DNA of 64,000 nt from Eukaryota sp. TZLM1-RC (taxonomy: Eukaryota > Protista > Metamonada: BaSk clade), in contig JAUPSS010000007.1 of assembly GCA_040285825.1 (NCBI GenBank), positions 62,001 to 126,000 of the forward strand, given 5' to 3'. Below, piece by piece: positions 47,287 through 58,014 of this stretch. Every line of letters begins with the position of its first letter. Position 1 is the first letter of the stretch. A model generated the notes under the pieces. That model ran no database searches. It worked only from the letters and a program-made list of their open reading frames with translations, and was not told where the DNA came from. The position numbers were made by a program, and so were the translations under genes.

Positions 47287-48674
47287 TTCGAGGATCACAG
47301 GTTGAATTGAAAGCCCAAAACAACAAGGATGATCAATTTTCGTGTGAATGAATCAGAAAAACTATCTACTACACAGATATTGAGGCCTTTCATTACCACT
47401 CGTTCTGGTTTCTGCAATTGCAAACATATTATGGAACAATTATTTCTATTGAAAAGCTTTTGTGAACAGTTGTTAGTGATTTTTCTATCACACTAGACTA
47501 ATTGAGAATTAAAAGAAAATACTGGTCAATCACAATTACAATTAGCTACAAATTGCAATGGTCATAAAATGATGAATACTAGAATTAAATAACTTAATCC
47601 TTTTTATAACGATGTCGATTATCATTCAGATTACCAAGGTATTAAATGTTTTCATATATCTGATATGTTTTTGGTTAATGTATTCCGTGGATATGTAGGA
47701 GAGATGATGTAGTTTGTTAGTTGTTAATTCATCACAGTTTCATTTCAACTTAAACATTTGATCTTTTCAAAATATTGTCATACTTGTCCTTATATTTTGT
47801 TGAAGATTCGGTAAAATGATGAACAATCCTAACCTATTTTTCAATTTGTCAAAAATTGAACTTGAAAAATTGTTGACCATATTTTTGGGTGAACCCCTTT
47901 TGTATTTTTGAAGACAAAAAATATATTAAATGTACAATTTATGCTTTTGGTGAAAGACAATTGTGCTACTATATCTTTTCCAGAATATGTAAAATGTTGT
48001 TTCCTGCGGGTTTTTAATACTTTGAAAATACTGTGAAGATCATATTTCATTAAATCTCCTCAAAGCGCAAATCTATTATCAAAAAGGAACCCACACTTTG
48101 TCGATGATTAGAAGAGAGAACTGTAGAGAGACTGTTATTTCATGCCATTTAATACTAAGGATGTATGTTACATAAAACTCAGTTGTTGACCAATTTCCAA
48201 ACTTATAATTGGACATCTGATCTTTGGAAAACTCAATCTATACGCCCAGTCGAGTATGTCTATCATTATTCTATAATTAGTCAATTGAATTATCTGTATA
48301 AGCAAAAAGAATGAAGCACTAACATTATGAGATCCATACGTACTAATGGCTCAATAAATGCCTCTATATTGAAACTTTTGCACATGGCATATAATTGATC
48401 ATGAACTGAGTCATGAACAATTGAGCGATAAGTTATGAAATACTTACAGTTTAAAATATGGGAAAGCGAACCAACACTCTTGCAGCGACAAATTAAATCA
48501 TTTGGTAAAGAACAAGGCCATAGAAAACATCTCATTCTCATTGCAGTGGTCCATTGGTGATCATTAAGTAGAAGGCCATAAATGTTGGGAATTTGGGAGA
48601 TTAGGCAACTTGAGCAACTGTCTTTAAGATCAATCAAAACAAGCGAAATTTTCTCCAGAAATTTAATCAACCCC

Positions 48675-50789
48675 ATGTCTCATCTCGAATGTGCGCAATG
48701 CCTAGAAACCATGGAAACACCAACGACTCTTCCCTGTGGACACAGTTTCTGTAGGGATAAATGTCTTCTGGTCTGGCAGAAATCCAACTCCACATGCCCG
48801 ATCTGTCGAGAACCCCTTCCCCCGGGTCCATTCCGTGTCAACTATCTTATGCAGCAAGCCATCGATGCCATGAATCAGACCTCTACCACAACTCAGCTCG
48901 AACCCGAACCCGAACTCTGTCCCAATTGCGAAGATGTTGATGCTACCCTCTTCTGCAAGGATTGTGATGTCTCTTTTTGCCAAGACTGTTCCTCTGAAGT
49001 TCACCAAATGAAAGTGTTCCAATCCCACCATCCTGTTCCCATTTCTCTTCGATCAGAACTTTCCCTTCCGAGATGTCCTCACCACAAAGGAAAAACTTTA
49101 AGTTATTTCTGTACCAAATGCAAGGTCGCTTTTTGTGATTCTTGTAATTCCGATCGATCGGAAAATAACAGTCATTCTCTCCATCAAAATTCTCTCATTC
49201 CATTCACAAAAGCAAGGGAAATCTTTACAAAACAAGCCAATGAACTTCAAACTGGTTTAACTACTGCTAGCATCCCTTTGGTTGAATATGGTGGCAAAGT
49301 GTTGAATTTGGTAAAGGAAACTATTGAAGGAAACCAATCAATCATTTATGATTTGATTGGTGATTTGATTTGGCAGTCACAGTCAAAAATTCAACAAATC
49401 GATTCTTGCAATGTTATTGAAGAATCAATCAATTTTGATGAAAATGTCAAGGTTAAAGCAGAAGAAAGTATATCTAGAGCTATTGATTCTCTTCAAAAAT
49501 TCAAAACAATTTTAAACACTTGCCTTAATGATTTAGAATCAAAATCGAGTTGTTTTCAAATAAATCTTTTGAGAGAAATACTGGGAAAAGAAATCATTGA
49601 TGTTAACGCGCTGAATATTTCGAAAAGAGCTCAATTAGTTCTTTTTATGGTGCAAGTTGATCCAGAGTATCTTCCTTCAATTGAACAATTAAAAGAATTT
49701 CTTTTTCTTTTTGTTGATAAAGAATTAAAAAAGAAATTGGTTCTTAATTTTGTTAATAATTCCAAATTGATTAGCACCAATGATCTTGGTGTTATTTCAA
49801 ATCTCGACTCAAACCCATTCGGTTCTCCTCTTCTTCCTAGTAATGAATTTGAATTAGCCCTTTCAAAAATAGAATTCAACACCTTGGACGAAAATCAATT
49901 CGTTTCTCTCATTAATTATTCAATCAAATATTCAAATTCTTGGTTATTAGGTGAAGCTATAGATCATTATGAATTTAATTCACTTCCGGATGTTTTTACT
50001 ATTCCAACTGATTTATTATTAAATTTAAATCTTTCTAAATCACTCAATAAAAACAAGGAAGAATGGGTAGAAAAGGTTATTGTTAAGAATTGTTCAGTGG
50101 ATACTATTGGCCAACTATGTCAACAGTTATTGGGTAGAGAGTCCAAGTACAATTCCAATCAAATTGAATCTATCAAAACTAACCCTTTTGGTGCTTTACC
50201 ATTTGTCAGTAGCGAATCCAAGTCATTTTCATTTTTCCCTCACATTTCCGATCGATCGGCAGGGTCAAGGAGGAGGATTAAGAAAATTTCTCAAAACACA
50301 TCAACTAAAGATTCAAATTTTGTTGATGATGAAAATAATTTACTACCACAGTTTTCGTCATTAAGATTCGTCAACTCAAAAGAACCGTCTGCTTCTTCAA
50401 GTTCTCCTTTTGCTTTTGGTTCCACATCCACTATTGACAATAAGGAAAGTGTTTCTAGCTTTACAAGTTTTGGTGTCACTGCCCCCTCAACCAATACCAC
50501 TTCAAGTGAGCATCACAGTACCACCAAACTTAAATCCACCAAACCCAGTGGTCTTTTTGCTACCAATTCCGGTGGCATTGCTCCAACACGACCGCAACCT
50601 AATTTCAGTAGTTCTTTTGGTAACATGAGTTTAGTTGGAAATCAAAACACCACAGATTCACCTTCTTTTGGATCTCCATTTGGTTCAGTTAATAACAACC
50701 AGGCATTTGCAAGAATGATGGGGTCCAACCAATCTTCTTTTGCAACAGCTTCTAGTAGTAATTCAGTAACAAGTCTCTTTACCAAATAG
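48675..50789 (+). CDS. TRIM-like RBCC protein with FG-containing tail (704 aa, mirror copy)
   Basis: Paralog of 24839-26950. Start placed at MSHLEC by homology, because the upstream extension is antisense retroelement sequence. Confidence 0.9.
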   Translation: MSHLECAQCLETMETPTTLPCGHSFCRDKCLLVWQKSNSTCPICREPLPPGPFRVNYLMQQAIDAMNQTSTTTQLEPEPELCPNCEDVDATLFCKDCDVSFCQDCSSEVHQMKVFQSHHPVPISLRSELSLPRCPHHKGKTLSYFCTKCKVAFCDSCNSDRSENNSHSLHQNSLIPFTKAREIFTKQANELQTGLTTASIPLVEYGGKVLNLVKETIEGNQSIIYDLIGDLIWQSQSKIQQIDSCNVIEESINFDENVKVKAEESISRAIDSLQKFKTILNTCLNDLESKSSCFQINLLREILGKEIIDVNALNISKRAQLVLFMVQVDPEYLPSIEQLKEFLFLFVDKELKKKLVLNFVNNSKLISTNDLGVISNLDSNPFGSPLLPSNEFELALSKIEFNTLDENQFVSLINYSIKYSNSWLLGEAIDHYEFNSLPDVFTIPTDLLLNLNLSKSLNKNKEEWVEKVIVKNCSVDTIGQLCQQLLGRESKYNSNQIESIKTNPFGALPFVSSESKSFSFFPHISDRSAGSRRRIKKISQNTSTKDSNFVDDENNLLPQFSSLRFVNSKEPSASSSSPFAFGSTSTIDNKESVSSFTSFGVTAPSTNTTSSEHHSTTKLKSTKPSGLFATNSGGIAPTRPQPNFSSSFGNMSLVGNQNTTDSPSFGSPFGSVNNNQAFARMMGSNQSSFATASSSNSVTSLFTK

Positions 50790-52748
50790 TGTTTGTTCTT
50801 GTTCTTGTATTCGCTTTTTTTGTTTTTAAGCAAAAATAATCTGTTTGATGTGCTTTTTAATCGTTTTGTTGTATTCTTGTATAGAATAAAGTCGATTGAT
50901 CTTTACATTAACGATGAAATTTTTTTCTACCAACTCGTCCAAGTTATAAACTATTATATTCTATTTCATTCTCCTTCTGAAACTACTTGAGCAAAACTAA
51001 ATACTTCAGATAAACCCTTTGCTAACTAGATTCTCTCATCAGTTTCCCCTTTTTATTTCGTTTTTGTTTACTTTTCTGTTGTTCAACCAATGCTGATTTC
51101 TAGGCATTGGATTTTTGTTGTTCTTTGAAGAATCAATTGTTGAAATAAACAATGTTAACCATTATACATTATCAAATAAAATACGGCAGCAATAAACGTA
51201 AATTAAATTGGTAGGCAACCATAATGATACTTCAATACCGTTTTTCAAAATGAAATGCACTGATGGATTGTATTGAACAATTCAATGAATTATTTAACCA
51301 CTAGGATCAGTTGTAAAATTGCTTTCAAAATAAAGGTTGGGTATTTTGGTGTATGAACTACACATAAAGGAAACCCCCTTCTAGCATTTATTTTCTTATA
51401 AATCAGTATACATTCTAATAGTTAAAACTTGAACAATTGAGAAGAAATTTCCTAAAAAAGTTCAAGATAAAGGGGGAAATGTTTGATTGAGTTAATATTT
51501 TTGATAAATTAGTGCATAAAAGTACTAACATTATAAGCTACTTTATAACAACTATTTTTACTGACTCAAGTTGAGTTGTTCGTCCTTTTTGTTTGTTTCA
51601 TCGTGTACCTATATTTTTCATTACAGAAATTTGTGATTTGAGGTTTATTTTTCTTAACCAAAAGATAAGACTTATTTGAAATGATCAGATTTTATTTGTA
51701 AACTCAAAACTATTCTCAAATATTCTCAACAATCAGCTTGGTCATAATGAATTAATTGTTACTTTTATTATGGTTTTCAGCATAAATTAGATAAGACTTG
51801 TGAAATCAGTAATATTAGAGGTTTCTTACTATTCTGTTCGTAAATTATAAAGTTATATGCCACATAACCATTACCAATAATAAACCAAATAAGTTATTCC
51901 TAAACAGTGTTAATATCGTACACTTCAGGTTTACTCATTGGTTTAGCAAATTGGGCTACTCAAAGCTTTTAATTTTCATTCACCTTCATTAACTGAAATA
52001 TTCACCTGAATTATTCCAATTAGCGTCATGCACCCGAATTATTTCAATAATTCTAAAGAATTTCCATTGCTCGTTGAGTTTGAAATCACAGAAATTTTCG
52101 AGAATTAAACCATAATAGAGAATGACTTTTTTGCACTAATCTATGACATTCGTTAAATCAGAATCATTAGAAATTATGTAGAACCCAAAAACAAAAATTA
52201 AATTTTTTTTACAAACATAGAAATATTATTAACAGTAAAGAAGATTAAAATTGCTGAAATAATATTTAAACAAGGCACAATAATACAAGTATACTAAATT
52301 GGATAATAACTTCGCTCACTAAGCAAATTGAAGGTTTCTAATTACTTCTTCAAGAGGAAACAACAATAAATCGACTGAGTAATTGAACTTTATCCAAAAC
52401 TTAACTCAATTTCAAATGCCGAATACACAGCTTAGAAACAAGCAAAGGCATCTCGGCAGGATTAGAGACTGGTATCTTATACGTGGGTGGATCCGCAGGG
52501 GAGAAAGGAGGTGGTCTACATTGTCTGGGAGGGTCAACTATTGGGGAGGGAGGAGGTCGTGGAACAGTGTTTTGCTTTTGAGGGGAAGATGTTACTGAGG
52601 GTTTGGGTGGTTGGCATCTTGTTCGCGGTTCAATGTAGGGACAGCGTGACTGAAGAACTTTATGGTATCGGGACATTTGGTGAAACAAGATTGACTTCAA
52701 AATCTCAACAATCTCAACTTTAAATACATCTTCCCACTTTAAAACATC

Positions 52749-53150
52749 ATGCGCATCCTTGATAAGTCTGAAGAGATTGAAGCTGATGTTACCTTTGAGG
52801 ATCAAACTAATATATGCGAATACAGTCGTCTGAATCATCACCGTGTCGATCTAAAGGAAGAACTTGACAAGATTTCCAAGGAAATTGAGTCTCTCAAATC
52901 CGCACAAGACGATCTAGAGTTGGTTATGCCAGAAGATGATACTCCCATCTATGTCCACGTTGGCACTTCTTTCATAGTGTCCTCTGAAGATGATGCAGAG
53001 AGTTTCATCAGTGCAGAGCTCCGACGTGTTTCTGCAAAAGCCCAGGAGAAACAAGAACAGTACAATTCAGTCGTTGAAAGAATGAAAATCCTTCGTGAAG
53101 CTTTGTATGCCAAGTTCAAAAGCACGATAAACCTCGAAATCGACTATTAG
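52749..53150 (+). CDS. PFDN4: Prefoldin subunit 4
   Basis: VTFEDQTNICEYSRLN..HVGTSF..LYAKFKSTINLE. Confidence 0.9.
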   Translation: MRILDKSEEIEADVTFEDQTNICEYSRLNHHRVDLKEELDKISKEIESLKSAQDDLELVMPEDDTPIYVHVGTSFIVSSEDDAESFISAELRRVSAKAQEKQEQYNSVVERMKILREALYAKFKSTINLEIDY

Positions 53151-53417
53151 GTGTATTAGTTGTTTAATATATATAATATATGGGTGTTTTTGTTTATGAC
53201 CAAGTAATCATCACTAGGTGAAATATAACCAATTAATTTTCTTGGCTATACATTAATGAGTACTCTAGGTTTTCAAAACAAGAATCAAATCAAAGGTGTT
53301 TAATCATTTCTGATCTTACACTTATAGAGCTCTTCTGAGGATACTGACACAAAAGCCATGTAAAGATAACCCAGATGTTAGAACGTTGAAAAGAAAGTAA
53401 AATTGGATCCTGAATTA

Positions 53418-53651
53418 ATGCCAGTCTTTGAGGTGGTACATCCAGCGGATCGGACACAACCTTATTTGCAGTTCGATGTCCCACCAAAGGCCCCATTCTT
53501 CACAGTTCAGCGTTATGCTGCTGAGCACTTCTCGTTGAATCCTCAAAAATCAAGACTCGCAACCAAGACTGGTGAACATCCTCCTTCAGATGCTTCAGCA
53601 CAATCAGTGATTTCTGATTTTGGGTCTGAGTATGTCATCTTTTCATATTAG
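53418..53651 (+). CDS. Divergent UFM1-like protein lacking the C-terminal RDRVG
   Basis: PYLQFDVPPKAPF..YAAEHF..T.TG..SA.SV..FGSE aligns with UFM1 PYKVLSVPESTPF..FAAEEF..TNDG..TAGNVF..HGSE. Confidence 0.7.
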   Translation: MPVFEVVHPADRTQPYLQFDVPPKAPFFTVQRYAAEHFSLNPQKSRLATKTGEHPPSDASAQSVISDFGSEYVIFSY

Positions 53652-55540
53652 GAAAACATCTCCTTTTTGTGAATAGCCCTACCATCAACCGGGCTTTTCA
53701 GTGGTTTTTCTTATCTTGTTGCTTTTCTGTTCCTCATTTGTGTAAAATTGGGCTTTCCTGATGTAAATAAATTGATGTTGTTTTCGTTCTCATTCAATAC
53801 GTCATGGCACAATGCAGTTGTATTTTGGTGTGAAATTTAGACCTTGTTTTACCACACCCATCAAGGTGAATACTTTTTAGATTTGAAAATTGCTTTCAAC
53901 TTGATGAAGCGTAGTAGTTAGTATGATGTGCTTGAAGATAAAAATACAGATCTCTTAATCTATTTCTATTGGTAGACAAACATACTTTGATGGAATAAAG
54001 TGTATACCTTTCATTCCTCAAGATGCATTTAGCTTTGTTGGGCAATTTTGGTAATATTTATTCACAGTTAAACAATTTTTTGAAAATTTTTGAGGAATCA
54101 AGTTTAATCGCTGAATTCATGATTGAAAGAAATATCAAATTTTTTATTTCAAGTAGTTGTTGTGTCGGGAAATGTGCTCAAATTCCTCTTTTGCTTTTCA
54201 AAATTCCTGAAACTATTTAAAACTTGATGTCAATTACTGTTAAAAGATATTGAGTCCAGATATTTTGATTTATTTGAGATTGATTCTACAAAAGCATCTG
54301 TTTTATGTGAAGCAGTTTTTTTTCAAGATTTTTCATTGATGTCCATCACATGAGTATCGGTTCTTAGTTAAATTAATACCAATGCAATTTAGTCAATTTC
54401 TTACCAGTGACATTTGGATCCAGAGTTTTTCTCAAAATAGTTCACAATATCAAATCGTTCATTCATTAAATGATCTTTTTGACTCCGAAAGCTACAACAT
54501 CAATTTACGCATGTTCAGAAACATATCAGTTTCATCAGTCAACGTCCACAAGGAAGAAAATGACTAAAGTACAACCAATTAATGGTACTTCCAGGGAATT
54601 GATCATCAATTTAACATTGTTTGTAAAAACAGAAACTCATTTGAACATTCAATTCAAGACCTATGAATAGCTATAATGCAGTAGCTTCATTAGCAGCTCT
54701 ATGAATTGTACTTTCAGGGCCATTACAAAATGTAATAGTTTTTGAGAGTATTCGAAACAAACCGTGTGTCTTCAAAACAAAATGTTAATGTTGAACATGT
54801 TTTGAAGGTGTGGTTGACCAAAAACCAAGCTTTTTCTCCTTATTGTTTATATGTTAATTTTTATAGAAAGCAGATTGTTCTCGTCATCTACTAATCCAAT
54901 CTCCGTTCATAGAAGCCTTCTTGATCAAGCTCTGGAACTGTAATCATCAGTTCGTCATCGCAAGAATAGTGCCAGCGGTTTGTACGAGAGGTCGGAGATA
55001 TATCTGAAAAGGTCGAGAGTTCTATATCTGTTGGACAGTCATTTGTAATGATCGGTCTTTGCCCTCTACAATCATCGCAAGTTTCCCGTTCAGGTATGGA
55101 AGAAGAAGAAGTGGCTAATGTATTTGAATTGAAAACACAGGAAAATTTGAAACAATCATTATTGGAATGGAATACCAAATCTTTTTTTACTGAATTGCTT
55201 ACATCAAATAAAGATTAATAAAATTAAATACAACTATTGCTCCAGCTCTTCAAAAGCTGCCTCGCCTACATCAAAGCAATCAATTATTTAAGATGCAGAA
55301 AAAATCCCACAATAACAGTCATTGTATGTCATTGGATTTTAGTAATTCAAACTGTTTAAAACTGGACTGGAATGTTGGTTTAATGAATATCGTTCGATTT
55401 GTTATGAGTTCATTTTGTTAAGTGTTAAAATTCTCATTAAGCCAAGCAAATTGGAAAATTGCAGAATTGAAATTTTGACACTTTTGAAATAACGTTTTTC
55501 TCTTCCAAATATCTAACCATCAGCTCACCTATCAAAAGAC

Positions 55541-57291
55541 ATGAGCCAATCTCAGCAATTACCTGTATGTAAGCTGCCGTTTTTGACGATAGCAGGAATC
55601 TTGTCCTTCAGTTGTTGTGACACAACCACCCATTGTATGACGTTAGTCTTGACTAACCAAAGTACAATGTTCCTGTTCAACCCATCTATGAGCCACAAAA
55701 GAAGAAGGGAATGGGACTGCTCATCATCGCCAGCATTGTATTATTAGTGATAAGTATCACTATTGTATTAGCTGTGGTTTCAACTGATGAGAACTCGTCC
55801 GATCCATCCCCAGCACCTGATCCATCCCCAGCACCTGATCCATCCCCACAACCCACTGACTATACGATTTCTGGATCCGTGTTAGTAGAAGGTCATTCCT
55901 TCGAAGCCGATGTTACTGTTCGTATCATAGACTCACAGATAGAAGAGTCTACATCTACCACTAACGGCCAATTTGAAATCGAATTACAAGGAAGGCCAGA
56001 TGATGAAGTAAAAATCGCCGTCTCAAGTCCTGATGACTGTTTTCAAAGCACAGTGGTGACCGAATTGGTAACTGAGGCTAAGGAATTAAACATTTGGCCC
56101 AATCCAGCTTCTAAAGCGTTTAGGGTGTCAGGAACAGTCTATTTTGATGGTTCGCCTTCATCCAACGCTAGAATCTCTGTTAAAGCTACTGAAGGAGGGA
56201 CTTCATCAAGAAGCCAATCTACTGACTCTTCCGGAAAGTTTGACATTCTGGTTGATGCGTATTGCTATTCTGATTTTGACATTACTGTCACTGCTGATGA
56301 TGATTCCTTCGATAGCAAAACGCTTACCGTCTCCATGAATGATCGTCAAAATGTGGATATAACAGTGATTAAGACATTTACTGTTACAGGAACATTGACT
56401 CTATATGGAACTCTCACTAATATTGTCGACGTTCAGCTTGTTGATTCTGCAGGTACAACCCACCGGGTCACTCCTAGTCCCCATGGTTGGTATAGGTTCC
56501 ATAACGTTGCTAAAGGTAATGGCGAAATTAGTATTTTCCCTTACAGTTATTGGACTACTCAAGAGATTGGTGTCAATCAAGACATGAACTTTGACATTGA
56601 TGAATCGTTCACCATTGAAATTTCCTTGAAAGTCGAGGAAAGAGGCTCTCCTGTTTCTGGTGCAATGATTGGATTCAATAACTACGTGTATATTACCCTT
56701 GCTGATGGAATTGTTAAGAGCACCGTTCCCCTGGATCCGTCAAGTGACTCTTATTATATTGAAGTTTATGGCCAGCGCCATATTCCCACTGGGACTTGGT
56801 TTGGCGTTGGCAATGATCCAACAGTCACTATTGCTCTTACCCCAGCTTCCATAGAGTTTACCCATGGTGACGATGTTGTTGCTATAGATTTTGCAAACAA
56901 CAACTGGTATGATTCTTCCTCATTGCACTCCGAATGGTCTGATGTTGCTTTTTGTCAAGATAGGACACTTTACTGGGGTAACTGTGAAAGTTATATGAAT
57001 AACGTTAATTGCGGCACGCATATCAGCTCTTTGTCTTTTGAACTTTTTCCAGATTGGACGAGAGGGCTGGGATTTACAGGTGAAAGTCACACAATTGGAG
57101 GTCAATTTTGTCACGAAGTAATTTGGGAAGAAGAATCCACTGTTCATCATTATTGGTGCTTCACACCATCTAACCACAATCTCAGATATCACCGCAGAGA
57201 ACGTAGTTGGGGTTTTTGGAGTACCGCAGAAGAACTTCATTTCAGAAATCATGCGTACCATACTTCCTACACTCAATGGAGGAGTTGTTGA
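55541..57291 (+). CDS. Type II membrane/surface protein with carboxypeptidase-regulatory-like beta-sandwich repeats (~564 aa, 3 exons)
   Basis: 28-nt introns at 55565-55592 and 55635-55662 extend the 526-aa ORF in frame. KKK then a TM helix, a DPSPAP stalk, and repeats ISGSV..TTNGQFEI, VSGTV..TDSSGKFDI, VTGTL..GWYRFHNVAKG. Confidence 0.75.
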
Positions 57292-57681
57292 ATGGAAATC
57301 AGTTGTTACTGATAAGTGTCCCAAAATAATAAATATTGTGACCATATTATTCGCCAGCATATAATATTACCATTCAAAAACGCCTTACATCATCCAATCT
57401 TTTTGAATCTTATACAAACATTTCACATTGGACAAACAATAAAATTTCCTTCATAACTCTGGACGAGAACGTGATTGGATTTTCTCTGTTGCCTGTACCA
57501 AATCAGATCATTGCAACACATTTAAATAAATATTTATTTGCAGCACACATTCACTTATTAGTGTTGAAAATTCGAGAAGTGGATTGGTTGAGCAAACATT
57601 TTCCCAGTCCTGTGCTGATTTTGCGTTTTGTAGAGGGAAATCTATTTATTTAGGACCTCAAAATACAAAACTTAACCTAAA

Positions 57682-57906
57682 ATTAACAAAATTAAACGCT
57701 TGTTTGAAGGAACAAATACTATAGTTTGGTTCGGCAATGGTGGCGATGGTCCATCTCGTCAAGCTGTGAAATCCCTCAGAAAGAGATTTCTCAAACAAAT
57801 TCAATAACACTTTGAATACGTGAAAGTAGGGAACGAGTTTATGACCTCAGCAAAAGTGAATTGTTGTAAGGTCTTCCTTAGAAAGATATATCATGTGAGA
57901 CAGTAG
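57682..57906 (+). pseudogene. Possible third Fanzor/TnpB-like fragment
   Basis: INKIKRLFEGTNTIVWFGNGG..P..LRKRFLKQIQ*HFEYVKVGNEFMTSAKVNCC resembles the RuvC-II region (FGNG..EFxTS). Confidence 0.5.
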
Positions 57907-58014
57907 TATCGTTTTCTACAATGTATTTCCAGGGAGTTTAGTGTATACTAACCGTTGGTGCTGAGAAGTTCACTGTTAGGATATTGAAAAAGATCTATTC
58001 AGAAATGGAGGATA

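Larger units (their letters stand above)
43612..51601. repeat. Right arm of the ~8-kb inverted duplication
   Basis: Reverse complement of 24030-32009 with scattered SNPs and small indels. Confidence 0.95.

Noticed and set aside
48582-48674. N-terminal extension of the 735-aa ORF
   Set aside because: Antisense retroelement sequence; interrupted by a stop in the mirror copy.
24030-51601. Giant DNA transposon or Polinton with 8-kb terminal inverted repeats
   Set aside because: No transposase, integrase, polymerase or capsid gene; the spacer holds housekeeping genes and no TSD is evident.
51610-51620. TATATTTTTCA resembling TATATTTTCA at 43611 as a target-site duplication
   Set aside because: Low complexity, mostly part of the element itself, and offset from the arm end.
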